Numbered from the stretch's first letter, positions 50,438 to 61,500 are shown. The stretch is 64,000 bases of DNA from Phycisphaerae bacterium (GCA_963666835.2 CAXXGO010000001.1:288001-352000); one strand, 5' to 3'. The notes: generated by a model from the letters alone, not told the origin. Numbers and translations are program-made.

Positions 50438-51538
50438 GTGTCCGCCTCCGATCTTGCTGCTACTTCTGATCTCGCCGGCCGGTCCTTCGAGCGTATCCTC
50501 CTCGTCAAGCCCAGTTCGCTCGGCGATGTAGTACACGCCTTGCCGGTTCTTCACGGATTGCGAACGCGGTACCCCAGCGCGACGATCGATTGGCTGATCG
50601 CCGAGCCTTTCGCCCCGCTCATCGAAGAGCATCCGGAGCTCGATGGGGCCATCCGTTTCGACCGGCGCCGATATGGTCAAATGGCACAGAGCCCCCGGGC
50701 GCTGCGGGAGTTTGCGTCCTTCGTGCAGGGCCTTCGGGCGCGGCGTTACGATCTCGTGGTAGACCTGCAGGGGCTCTTCCGAACCGGCTTCCTGACCCGT
50801 GCGTCTGGTGCCGGCGTCCGAATCGGTTTTCGCCAAGCGCGGGAAGGTGCCTGGATCTTCTATACGCACTTCGTCCCGATCGACGATCCGAACATCCACG
50901 CCGTTGACCGGTACTACCTCACCGGCAAGTTGCTCGGTTTCGACCACGTCCCCCCGGAGTTCGGTCTGCCTTTGAAGGAGGCCACCCGAACCGAGACGAC
51001 CGACCGTCTCAGGTCCTCTGGTGTGGCGGAGGGCGAGCGGATTGTCGCCGTCGTCCCCGGCACGAGGTGGCCGACAAAGATGTGGCCCGCGGAACGCTTC
51101 TCGGACGTTATTGACGAGCTGCACGCTCGGAAGCCGGCAAGATGCGTCCTGCTGGGCGGCCCGGATGAAGTATCGCTGTGTGCCGGCATTGCCGAGCGAT
51201 GCAAGTCGAAGCCGATCAACCTGGCGGGTGAAACTTCAATCCCCCAGTTGGCGGCGGCGATTAGCCTCTCTGACGCAGTTCTGTGCCACGATTCCGCAGC
51301 TTCGCACCTGGCCGTGGCGCTCAACCGGCCCCTGGTGTGCCTGTGTGGGCCTACGAATCCGCGCCGGACCGGTCCCTGGGGTCGTCCGGACGATGTTCAG
51401 CAATTGGACTTGGATTGTTCCCCGTGTTACCTCCGCCGGCTCTCGCAATGCCGGCACGAGCACCGGTGCATGCGCGATCTCGACGCTCAGAGGGTGCTCA
51501 CAGCCGTTGTCCGGTCCCTCGAATCGTGCGGCAAGTGA
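50438..51538 (+). CDS. waaF: LPS heptosyltransferase (GT9)
   Basis: KPSSLGDVVH, DLQGL, TKMWP, HDSAASHLA, GPTNP. Confidence 0.85.
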   Translation: MSASDLAATSDLAGRSFERILLVKPSSLGDVVHALPVLHGLRTRYPSATIDWLIAEPFAPLIEEHPELDGAIRFDRRRYGQMAQSPRALREFASFVQGLRARRYDLVVDLQGLFRTGFLTRASGAGVRIGFRQAREGAWIFYTHFVPIDDPNIHAVDRYYLTGKLLGFDHVPPEFGLPLKEATRTETTDRLRSSGVAEGERIVAVVPGTRWPTKMWPAERFSDVIDELHARKPARCVLLGGPDEVSLCAGIAERCKSKPINLAGETSIPQLAAAISLSDAVLCHDSAASHLAVALNRPLVCLCGPTNPRRTGPWGRPDDVQQLDLDCSPCYLRRLSQCRHEHRCMRDLDAQRVLTAVVRSLESCGK

Positions 51539-51633
51539 CCTAATTGCGGGTGATGCCCAGACCTTGAAGACAATCGGTCGATATAGGGCATGCGTCCGCG
51601 ACGTCCCGGCTTGGCGACCCGGTTCTTCCTTCC

Positions 51634-52299
51634 TTGGGGGAGACGGGAAAGCCGGAACGGATTACACTGCGCAGCGACCTGGCCCACTTGGGGGTGTTTG
51701 CCAAAGAGTACAGGAAGGATCTCCGGTCCGTGGCGAGATTTCGGTATAAGCTGCGCAAGTTCTTATTAAACAAGATCTTGCACGCGGACGATACTCCGCA
51801 CGCTATCGCCCTGGGGGTGGGGCTGTCCGTGCTGATCGCGTTCCTGCCGCTTGTGGGGCTGCAGACCGCGATTGCCGTGGGCTTGGCTGCACTCCTGCGG
51901 GCGAACAAGGCCGTGTGCTTCCCGATTGTCTGGATCACGAACCCGGCCACGATGTGGTTCATCTATGGCGGATGCTGGAAACTTGGGCATTGGATCGTCT
52001 CTTCCGCACCTCCGCACGGCGTGCCGGCGCCGCTAGCTCAACTGGAACAGTCTCCGACAACACCGTTCTACGATGTCGCATTCTGGGAAGAGAAGTTCAA
52101 GATCCTGATGGACCTAGGCAAGGAGCTCTGGATCGGCTGCCTGATTGTTGGTGCGGTGCTTGGGATTATCTCTTACGTAATAACCCACCGCGGGGTAATT
52201 GGCTACCGGGAACGTCGTCGACAGCGGATTCTCCGACGGAATATGTTCCGGGCGAAGCTACAGCATAGCAAGATCTCTCAGCGGGGTACCTCTTCCTGA
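51634..52299 (+). CDS. DUF2062 family membrane protein
   Basis: DTPHAIALG, P..GLQT, RANK, WITNP; start uncertain. Confidence 0.85.
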   Translation: MGETGKPERITLRSDLAHLGVFAKEYRKDLRSVARFRYKLRKFLLNKILHADDTPHAIALGVGLSVLIAFLPLVGLQTAIAVGLAALLRANKAVCFPIVWITNPATMWFIYGGCWKLGHWIVSSAPPHGVPAPLAQLEQSPTTPFYDVAFWEEKFKILMDLGKELWIGCLIVGAVLGIISYVITHRGVIGYRERRRQRILRRNMFRAKLQHSKISQRGTSS

Positions 52300-52315
52300 C
52301 GCACACCGCGACTCA

Positions 52316-53422
52316 TCACGTTCTGATCCGGTCAATCATCACGACGGCAACGGTGGCGAAGATGAAGATGGGAATCCAGGCCGGCAGCGCCGAAGCGGAC
52401 TCCGGCCGGACACTCTGGGCTACGAACGACACCACGTAGCACAGCCCGCAGATCAACATGCACTTACCGGTATCGTTCAGCACGTTGGCCGGCGAACGAT
52501 CGAGGAAGCAAGGCAACCCGAGCAGCAGCATAATCAGGCTCACGATCGGAGTGGCGATCCGTCCGTGTCGGGTATGGATGATGCTCGCCCGGTCCGCCGA
52601 GGCGTCGTCCTGCAGCTCCCGAAGCTGACGGAGGCTAAGAAACCGGATCCAACCCTCCGATTGCCGAAGTTGGATAGCCTCCGGGCTCAGATCGCTCTCG
52701 TAGTACAGCGGGTACGACTCCTCCTCACACTCCTCCGGACCCAATCCGGAATCGGCACAGCGAGTCCGGACCCGCTCACGCCCGCGCTCCAACCGCCATC
52801 GACCGTGGGGACGGGTCAGAGAAGGCGCCTCCCACACGGCGCGGTCCGCCTCGATGGTGCTGGTCACCGCTCCATTCTCGTTACGGGTCATCACCAGCAA
52901 GTTCCGCAGGTCGTGATTGGTCGGATGGAACTGCGCCGCCGACAGCAAAGCATCCCCTCGATCATGGAGAAACAGCACTTCGTAGGCCTTGCGTCCGTCG
53001 GAGTCGTCGTGGTCGCGCGACAACTGGTGGGCCACAGCCGGGATCAACAGCTCCGTGTCGATGACCAACAGCGCGGTTGTGGCCAGGCCAAAGAGAATCA
53101 CCGGGGCGGCCGCCCGGTACAGGCTCACGCCGGACGCCAGGATTGCGGTCATTTCGTTGAGTTTGCGCAGGCGAGCGAGGCTGGCCATGCACGCGAATAA
53201 CGAAATCACCCCGGATAACTGGGCGAAGTAGAGGAAGACGTTAGGCCCGTAGTACCCGACGATGTTCTTAATGACCGTCGCGAGCGGATAGCCCTGTTCC
53301 GTGAACTCGTCCATGTTCACGAACATGTCGAGCACCACGTACAGGCTGATCATGACCGCGAGAGCGATGACGTAGTTGATCATCAGCGAGCGAAGAATGT
53401 AACGATCGAGAATCGTGAGCAT
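52316..53422 (-). CDS. lptG: LPS export permease LptG
   Basis: ILDRYI, NEMTAILASGVSLYR, AWIP. Confidence 0.88.
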   Translation of the reverse strand: MLTILDRYILRSLMINYVIALAVMISLYVVLDMFVNMDEFTEQGYPLATVIKNIVGYYGPNVFLYFAQLSGVISLFACMASLARLRKLNEMTAILASGVSLYRAAAPVILFGLATTALLVIDTELLIPAVAHQLSRDHDDSDGRKAYEVLFLHDRGDALLSAAQFHPTNHDLRNLLVMTRNENGAVTSTIEADRAVWEAPSLTRPHGRWRLERGRERVRTRCADSGLGPEECEEESYPLYYESDLSPEAIQLRQSEGWIRFLSLRQLRELQDDASADRASIIHTRHGRIATPIVSLIMLLLGLPCFLDRSPANVLNDTGKCMLICGLCYVVSFVAQSVRPESASALPAWIPIFIFATVAVVMIDRIRT

Positions 53423-53439
53423 TGCCAGCGTTTTCCGTA

Positions 53440-55032
53440 TCAGCGCCGCAGCACGCGGGTCAGGGTCCAGAAGTCTACCCCTGCAACAATCAGGATTCCG
53501 CTCCACATCAACAGCAAGCCCGGCAAATGGGTTGGCGCATTCTGGGACATCTGTTTGCCCATGACGATCGTGATTATCACGAACAGGGAGGGCACAAAGC
53601 TGATCCCAAAGGCCGTTACCGTGTGGGCGCCGCGAAAGATGATCCCCAGCACCGCTCCGAGAATAACCAGCACGAACGCGCTGGCGCTGAAGGCAAAACG
53701 CTCGCTGACGGTGGCTTTGATCTCACGGATTGTGTCCCCCAGGGCGTCCTGGACTTCCGCGCGTTTCTTAGCGAGCGGATCGACCCCGCCGGCCCCTTCG
53801 GTCGGAGCCATCAACTCCGCCGGGCTCATCTCTGCCACGTTGGCGGCGACCTGCTCGTCGATCGGAACGGGCCCCAGCTTCTCCTTGACACGCTGTGTAT
53901 CGCGGTTCCCTTCGGTCACGCGCACGTCGCGCAGCTCAATCTGCACGCCGGACTCCGCCAGGATCCTTCCGCCGACTACGCGGAGGTAGGCCTCTTTAGC
54001 CGAGAAGGACCGTCTTCGCCCTCCGCGGTCCTCACGAACCACAACGTCCTCGAGTTTGAAGCCGGTCTCCTGCGGCTCGAACGCTCGTGCCGAACGGACC
54101 ACATACTGCACACCGTCGCCTGCGAGGGTCAGTTCCTGTCCATCCAGCCAATCATCGAGCAGGGCTCCGTAGACCATCCACTGCCCGACCCCGATCCGAA
54201 GCTGTCTGACTTCCTTGCGGACATCCAGCCAGTCATGCGGGTCGCGCCAGCGTGCGAGTAGTTCGGCGAGATTGAGGAACTTGATCTTCTGGGGGACTAA
54301 GCTGGGGATTTCGTTCTCGGGAAAGGTCTGCTGCTGCTCCTCGAGAAACTGGTGGGTGCGGCGATCGTAATAACTCAGACCGCTCATCACGGCCGACACC
54401 CCGATCCGACTCTCCGTCCGGCGGACATTGAGATCAACACGGCGGGCGGTTCCGAATCCGACCCATTCTCCGTCGTCGACCTTGACGTAAGCCACCCGGT
54501 GCAGACTGATTCGATTGGCGTCGCCTAAGTCCACCGTGGTTTCGTCGGCATAGACCCGGTACCCGCCGGGCAACGTAAGTCCGCGCGGCCGGTTCAGCCG
54601 CCGCTGGATCATAGTCCCCAGATCCGCCCCGATGAACTCGTTCAGATTCCGCACCATGCCGGGAATCGCGAAGTTGATCAGAACGAACGTAACGGCCGCG
54701 GAGAACAGGCTGAGCGCCACCGACGGTAGAAAGAGCACGTGCATGTTGATCCCGCTGCTGCGGCAGGCGACGAACTCATTGTCGGCACTGAATCTTCCGT
54801 ACGTGGCCGCGGAGCTGAACAACGCGGCAATCGGGAGGGTCAGCGCCGCGGAGATCGGCAATACCAGCAGCATCATTCGCAGGAGCTGTTCCGGCGTGGC
54901 GTCCCCCAACTTGATCATGTTGAGTACGCCCCCGCCCAGTCCGAGCACACCGGTGAGGGCCACGACCGTCAGCAGGAAGGTCTTGCCGAGTTCGCGGAAG
55001 ATGTAACGTTGCAGCGTCCAGGGAAACGCCAT
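53440..55032 (-). CDS. lptF: LPS export permease LptF
   Basis: TLQRYIFRE, YGRFSADNEFVACRSSG; enlarged periplasmic region. Confidence 0.88.
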   Translation of the reverse strand: MAFPWTLQRYIFRELGKTFLLTVVALTGVLGLGGGVLNMIKLGDATPEQLLRMMLLVLPISAALTLPIAALFSSAATYGRFSADNEFVACRSSGINMHVLFLPSVALSLFSAAVTFVLINFAIPGMVRNLNEFIGADLGTMIQRRLNRPRGLTLPGGYRVYADETTVDLGDANRISLHRVAYVKVDDGEWVGFGTARRVDLNVRRTESRIGVSAVMSGLSYYDRRTHQFLEEQQQTFPENEIPSLVPQKIKFLNLAELLARWRDPHDWLDVRKEVRQLRIGVGQWMVYGALLDDWLDGQELTLAGDGVQYVVRSARAFEPQETGFKLEDVVVREDRGGRRRSFSAKEAYLRVVGGRILAESGVQIELRDVRVTEGNRDTQRVKEKLGPVPIDEQVAANVAEMSPAELMAPTEGAGGVDPLAKKRAEVQDALGDTIREIKATVSERFAFSASAFVLVILGAVLGIIFRGAHTVTAFGISFVPSLFVIITIVMGKQMSQNAPTHLPGLLLMWSGILIVAGVDFWTLTRVLRR

Positions 55033-55306
55033 GAGGGATACCTGTTGGCCGCGCCGAGGTCTGCTCCAACCGTGGAACCCACCCCGCTTCAGCCGTACGG
55101 ACACCACTGCCCCCGCCGCCTAGCCGCCGGGTTGCAGGTTGACGCGAAATCGTAGACTCTGCGGTCGACATTGCAACCGAAACGGCGGAAAAGCCGCCCC
55201 TACCCGTGGAAAACCGTGTGCCGGATACCGCAGAAAAGCCGATAACAACCCTGATATCAGTGGTAGTAGTGCGCATTTGACCTACGAACTAACGGGAGTC
55301 CGCTCG

Positions 55307-56929
55307 GTGGAGCCCAGCTTCCAACGGAAAATCGTCCCTCTCAACGAGCTGCTGACGGCCGTTGATGCGGCGCGTCGAGCCGGGCATAGCATTGTCCAAT
55401 GCCACGGGTGCTTCGACATTGTGCACCCCGGGCACATTCGCTATCTGGAATTCGCCCGGCAGCAGGGCGACGTGCTGGTGGTCACGCTTACCGGCGACTC
55501 CGACATCTCCAAGGGAGCGGAGCGTCCGTACATCCCCCAGGAGCTTCGGGCGGAGAACCTCGCCGCGCTGATGTTCGTGGATTACGTCTGTATCACGTCT
55601 TCGCCGACAGCGGTGACCGTCCTCGCCCAGGTTAAACCCGATGTCTACGTGAAAGGGCGCGAGTACGAGCGGTCCGGCGACCCGCGGTTTCTGGCGGAGA
55701 AGGCGGTCGTCGAGGAGTACGGCGGGCGGATCATCTTCTCGAGCGGCGAGATCGTGTTCAGCTCGACCGAGCTGATCGAACGAATTCCCCGAAGTCGCGA
55801 AACGGAACTACACCGCGTCGACCTGTTATGCCGACGGTACGACATAGACTCTTCTGCCATTGAGGTGTCACTCGATCGATTCCGCAACCTGAGAGTCCTG
55901 GTTGTGGGGGACCTGGTTATCGACCGGTATGTGCTCTGCGATGCCATCGGCGTGGCAAGCGAATCGCCCATGATCAGCCTGGTCCAGCGCGACGAGCGAA
56001 GCTACGTCGGCGGCGCGGGAATCGTCGCCCGGCATGTTGCGGCGTTGGGAGCCCAGGCCTTCTTGCTGGCTGCCGGAGGGACGGACGAGTCGACCTCCAT
56101 GGCCTTCGATGTGCTTACCGGCGAAGGGGTCGAGACCGAGTTCCTCGGGTCGCGGCCGGCCTTGGTAGAGAAGACCCGCTTCCTCTCCGATGACAGCAAG
56201 CTTTTCAAGGTCGACCGGGCCCAGCGTCTTCCGCTGGACTCGCTTGCCGAGAAGCGCGCCGCAGTAATCCTGGAACAACAGGCCAAGACGGTCGACGCGG
56301 TCATCTTCTGCGACTTCGGCTACGGAATGATCACCGGCAGCCTCCTGGCTCGTGTGCTGCCCACTCTGCGCCAAAACGTGCCGATTCTCACGGCCGATGT
56401 CAGCGGCGGAAGGGCCAACCTGCTCGACTTCCGCCATGTGGATCTGCTCTGCCCGACCGAGCGCGAAGCTCGCGCCATGCTGAACGATTTCGACTCCGGG
56501 CTGTCCAACGTTGCCTGGAAGGTCCTTCAAGAAACCCAAGCCCGGCATCTGATCGTTACGCTCGAAAAACGCGGCTTAGTCGTGTTCGAACGGGCCAGCC
56601 AGGACCGCGGCTCGCGGGATTGGAACGGTAGATTGAAAAGTGCGCAACTGCCCTCGTTCGCCGAGCACGCCGTCGATCGCCTCGGCTGTGGTGATGCCCT
56701 GCTGGCCGCGGCGACTCTTTCGCTGGCCGCCGGAGATGGGCTGATGCAGGCCGCCTACCTCGGCAACGCTGCGGCCGTTATGGAGATCTCCATGCTAGGC
56801 AATCATCCCGTCGACGTAGCTCGCCTGCGCGACTGGCTGGACACCCGCCGCGAGCTTCGGGTGCCGCCGACCGCAGTGCCGGGCAATATGGCGGGGCACC
56901 CCCCGCTACGACCGATTGAAGCAAGCTGA
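55307..56929 (+). CDS. hldE: Bifunctional ADP-heptose synthase-like protein (nucleotidyltransferase then PfkB kinase)
   Basis: HGCFDIVHPGH, PDVYVKG, VVGD..IDRY, DFGYG, DRLGCGD. Confidence 0.85.
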   Translation: MEPSFQRKIVPLNELLTAVDAARRAGHSIVQCHGCFDIVHPGHIRYLEFARQQGDVLVVTLTGDSDISKGAERPYIPQELRAENLAALMFVDYVCITSSPTAVTVLAQVKPDVYVKGREYERSGDPRFLAEKAVVEEYGGRIIFSSGEIVFSSTELIERIPRSRETELHRVDLLCRRYDIDSSAIEVSLDRFRNLRVLVVGDLVIDRYVLCDAIGVASESPMISLVQRDERSYVGGAGIVARHVAALGAQAFLLAAGGTDESTSMAFDVLTGEGVETEFLGSRPALVEKTRFLSDDSKLFKVDRAQRLPLDSLAEKRAAVILEQQAKTVDAVIFCDFGYGMITGSLLARVLPTLRQNVPILTADVSGGRANLLDFRHVDLLCPTEREARAMLNDFDSGLSNVAWKVLQETQARHLIVTLEKRGLVVFERASQDRGSRDWNGRLKSAQLPSFAEHAVDRLGCGDALLAAATLSLAAGDGLMQAAYLGNAAAVMEISMLGNHPVDVARLRDWLDTRRELRVPPTAVPGNMAGHPPLRPIEAS

Positions 56930-56973
56930 CCCTATCTCCCCGCCCGGTCATTTGGCAAAAACCCTGTCAGATT

Positions 56974-57800
56974 TTAGGGCACGGTCGCGGAACGAGACCT
57001 GTCGTCGCGGGTGGCATGGGCAAGCGTAGCCGATTTACGTAGTGCGGTCCCGTTCGTCACTCGATCTCGCGTTAGGGGCATGGACCGTTCCAGCTTGCCC
57101 GTGGGTGCCTGCGGCTCTCCAAGCTCTACGGGTCAACAAGTTGACCCATTCCACCCGGGTGTCATCGCCTGTAGGGCACGGTCGAGGTACGAGACCTGCC
57201 ACGATGGCGCACGTCGCGCGAAGACCACGGCAGGTCTCGTTCCTCGACCATGCCCTACACCCGCGTGTCTCGCGCAATCAGCCCGCAAGGAGCTTGGCGC
57301 GAAGCGGCCACACGGTTTCCCCAGGCTTGCGCCGTGGGGCTTCAGGATCTGTCGCCCCAACGGGCTGCCGGCCTTCGGCGTATGTTCGGAAGACCCACGT
57401 CGCGCAAGGGCTGCAGGCAAGGATGCCTGCGCTACGCAAGAGCAACGGCAGGTCTCGTTCCTCGACCATGCCCTACACCCGCGTGTCTCGCGCAATCAGC
57501 CCGCAAGGAGCTTGGCGCGAAGCGGCCACACGGTTTCCCCAGGCTTGCGCCGTGGGGCTTCAGGATCTGTCGCCCCAACGGGCTGCCGGCCTTCGGCGTA
57601 TGTTCGGAAGACCCACGTCGCGCAAGGGCTGCAGGCAAGGATGCCTGCGCTACGCAAGAGCAACGGCAGGTCTCGTTCCTCGACCATGCCCTACACCCGC
57701 GTGTCTCGCGCAATCAGCCCGCAAGGAGCTTGGCGCGAAGTGGCTACACGCCCAAAGTCCCTTCGGGACGATTACCCACATGGCGGCCCGACGAAGGTTA
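56974..57800. repeat. REP cluster with a 218-bp tandem repeat
   Basis: 30-mers at 56974, 57171, 57229, 57447, 57665; about 2.3 copies of a 218-bp unit. Confidence 0.92.
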
Positions 57801-58011
57801 GTACCATTGGGCAGAGCCTGACCTACTTGCTTCATCAAAGGGCTTGTTCCAGGGGGGCAGGCTGGAAGCCTGCGTTACGCGGTCGGTTGAAGCAAGCTGA
57901 AATTCGACCACCCGTCCCGAAAAAGCAATAACGCCTCAAGCCCCGAAACGTCAACAGTTATAGAAGAGGCGTGGATTTCTCATCGCCACTCGCGGTTTCT
58001 TGATTTATGAT

Positions 58012-58431
58012 ATGGATGCCATGACGGATCTAAACCACATCCCCGAGCATCTGCGGACGCCGAGAGTAGAGCGCTGCGGTTTGTTGCGATCACCAATACT
58101 CCGGATCTTCATCTTTGCCTTGCCGGGCATTCTCCTTCTGGCCGGCGGAACGACCGCAACACCGTACGTCCCGTCGCCGGTGCCGAATTTGATCACTAAT
58201 GGTGTGGCCTCACTGCTCCATCCCGACAACTGGCCCGCGTTGTTCGCCTGCTCGATCTTGATCTGTCTTCCGGGGTACTTGCTGTATGTTGGCGCGGACT
58301 ATCTGGCTGAGGTCACTGCGGCTCGGATGATGCCCGCCGACACTACTTCGGCAGTCGTGTTCCGAGTTGTAGCATACCTTATCGCACTCGCCGCCGCGTA
58401 CTACGCTCTGGCGCGCCTGCTGGGGTCGTGA
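58012..58431 (+). CDS. Hypothetical membrane protein (3 TM)
   Basis: ORF with three hydrophobic segments; start uncertain. Confidence 0.6.
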   Translation: MDAMTDLNHIPEHLRTPRVERCGLLRSPILRIFIFALPGILLLAGGTTATPYVPSPVPNLITNGVASLLHPDNWPALFACSILICLPGYLLYVGADYLAEVTAARMMPADTTSAVVFRVVAYLIALAAAYYALARLLGS

Positions 58432-58432
58432 A

Positions 58433-58596
58433 GGTCCGGGCTATCCACGCAAGCGAAGTGCAGGCGGTAAGTCAATGTAGCGCCAGGGCTTGTCCCTGGC
58501 GTGGAAGCGTGATGTGTTACTTTGACACCATCCACAACGGATGACGCTACAGTGAGTTACGCGCATTTGCGCGGACTTTGTGAATAATCCGGGCTA
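58433..58596. mobile_element. MITE-like element (~165 bp), inverted relative to 31213
   Basis: Ends GAATAATCCGGGCTA; internal GTAGCGCCAGGGCTTGTCCCTGGCG identical to the reverse complement of 31306-31330. Confidence 0.72.
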
Positions 58597-61500
58597 CGGC
58601 GCGACCTCGCTGAGGGTATGCCTCTTGGCACCTTCAATGATACGGCTTACTTCTTCGAGGCGGGTCGGTCCGGGCTGCGGCCGTTCCTCTTCCCGGAGCT
58701 CGACGGGCTCGGGCATTTCGACCTCGGCCTTCGGCTTGGACGCTTCACGTACTTTCGGTTCGCTGAGCATCCTCAGCCGGCTGGCCGGTCCGGCTTCGCC
58801 GTCGCGAGTAAGTGGCGAACTGAGCTGGGACATTCTCCGCAGGCTGTTGACGGAATGGGTCTCGCTGAGTGAGGGGCACTCTTTGAGAGTGTTTTCCAGG
58901 CGTGTCTGCACACGCATGGCCTCTTCGACCCACTCGCGCAGGGCGTTGCTGGCCTGATCCGTTTCTGCGGAGAGCAACGACAGGCGTTCGACGGCCCGGC
59001 GATTAAGATCCTTGGATTCGTCCGCGCTCTTTTTGGCTTCCTGGCTGGCCTGCCAGAGTCCGGCGAAGACCTTTCGCACGGCGGCGCACACTCGTTCCAA
59101 CTGGGCGGCTTGGGCTTGGGCGCTGGCGACGATTTCGGAAGGTTTGGCAGACATCTGCTGCACCGATTCATCGATCTGGCTCGCCTTCCGCTCAAGAGCT
59201 TGCAGTTCGTCACGAAGGGTCTCACATTGGGTCGCAAACTCGTTGAGGAGGCGTTCACCGGCTTCGGCCGTGCTCTCGGCCGACTCGACGTACTCGGACA
59301 ATTGAATGGTGGACACCTCGGATTCGTGATTGAGCCGGGCTTGGGTTTCGACCAGCTCCCCGGCGGTCGCGCTGGCGTCCTGGAGCTTGGCGGTCTGCTG
59401 AATCGCGTTGTCGACCGCGATAGCCAGCTCACCATGGGCCGCCCGAGCTTCGTCGACTGCCTTCCTCACGCAACCGTCCACTTCCTTGGCGGTGGCGAGA
59501 ATGCGCGAGATCCGCTGCAGGCGATCGACGAGACCGCCGGCCTTATCCGCTTCGGTCTTGACCCTCTTGATTTCGCGGTCGGCGATGTCGATCCGGCCGG
59601 CCAGCTCGCTGGAGATGTTGGACGCGGATACCGTGCCTTCCTGCATTTGACTTATCAGTTGTTCGGCGCGGGTATTACCTTCAGTGAGTTCGTGGGCGGC
59701 GTTCTCCGATAGTTCCGCCAGCGAAGCCACTTCGATGTTGACGGCGGCAAGCTTCTTCTGAGCTTCACCCGCCTTTTGGATGAGTTCGTGTCCGTTCTTG
59801 TTAGCCTCTCCCAGTTCGCCCAGGAGATGCCCCGCGGCAGCGGTGTGAGAGGCAAGCGGTCCGATCTTACTCTCGGCGTCTGTGGCGATGCGTTGCACGG
59901 CATCGCGGACGTTGTTGGCATCCATAACCATGTCGCGTAGTCGACGGTCCACTTGTTCGGCATCGGTCCGGGCCGACTCGAGGCGAGCGATCACCTGCTG
60001 CCCGTATTGGTTCTGCTCGTGTATCTCGACGAGTCGCTCGTGAGCGGTGCCTATCTCGACGAGCACCCCCGCGACGTTACGCTGCATCGTCTCAATCTGC
60101 CCGTAGCACTTGTCGGCGCTGCGGAGCATGTCCTCGCCGCGCTCCAGAACCTCGGCCAGACTGCCGGCGGCGGTGTCGGCCCGGGCGCTCTCGTCGGTGA
60201 TTACGATCTGCATCCGTTTGACGACGCCGCTCATTTCAGAAAGCCGTTGATCCGTGGCTTCGACACCGTTGGCCAGGGTAGTGAAGGTCGAATCCACTTC
60301 GGCTTGGCGGCTGCGGACGGTCTCCAGTCGGCTGTTGATCTCCGAGACATCCCGACGCACGTCCTCGACGATTCCTGCGCGAAGATGTTGGCAATCCTTC
60401 AAGGCGTCCCGCCCTTCGTCGGAAACGGACTTCATCTCGGCGCGAATGGTTTCAAGATCGTCGCACGCGGCCTCGTAGGCCTCTTGCAGTTGCTGTTGGA
60501 ACCGGTCTTGCGCGGCGGAGGTTAGTTCTGTAATCTCGCGGCGTAGGTCTTCGGCGATTCGGGTGCGCAGGTGCTCGCACTCCTTCAGAGTCTCCCGCCC
60601 GTCAGTGGTGGCGGAGGTTATTTCATTGCGAATCGTCTCGAGGTCTTGGCTGGCCGTCTCGGATGCCGTTTGCAGTTGCTGGCGGAACCGAGCCAGGGCG
60701 GCGGAAGCAAGTTGTTTATGCATGCCGTCCACAGCCTCTGCACGTTCATTCAGATCCGTCGCGCATCCTTTGACAGTTCGCTCGGCCTCGGCCACGGCGG
60801 TGCTCGTTTGCTGCAGTAGGCTTTGCAACTCCTCCTGCGCGGCCTGGACCTCTTCGCGCATGCTGCTCTGCTGCGCCGCGAGCGCCTCAGCCAGTCTCAT
60901 CCGCGCATCATGCAGAGTTGAATCGACAAAGGTCTTGCGCACCTGTTCCACTTCCCTGAGCGCCTCTTCGGCGGCGGCCTGTTGCGCGGCGACGGCTACG
61001 TCTACATGAGAGACGGAGTCGGCGGCCCGGTCGATCATTGCGCAGATGCGTTGTTCGGCATCTTTCGAGGTTTGGGTCGTCTGCTCGAGAAGCTGCTGAA
61101 GTCGGCGCTCGGCGTCACTTGTACGGCACAAAGCTTCATCGACGGCGGCCTGGATCGTCGTTCTGGTTTCTTTGGCGGTCTCGTCGTGGTCGCGAGCTAA
61201 TCCGCTGAAGTAGTCATCGATCCGAGCTCGGCACTCGCGCCACGCGGTTTCGGTAAGTCTTTCGTGTGTGCGTTCGCCTTCCTCGATGCCCTCCTGGAGT
61301 TTCCGGCATTGTGCTGCGGCGGCCTCCTGAGCCCCGGTGGATTCCGCCGAGATCTGTGCAAGGATGGTCTGGAGTTTGCCCTTCAGTTCGTCACTCGCAT
61401 CGAGCCCGGTCATCAGTTGGGCGATGCTCTGCTGAACCCGGTCGCCGCGATCGGCCAGTTCCTCGGCAAACGCGGTGAGGCGTTCCTCAACGCGGTCGGA

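Noticed and set aside
57011..57931. ORFs with repeated AGLVPRPCPT / GRSRSSTMPY peptides (also near 11484, 23410, 45918)
   Set aside because: Translations of REP repeats
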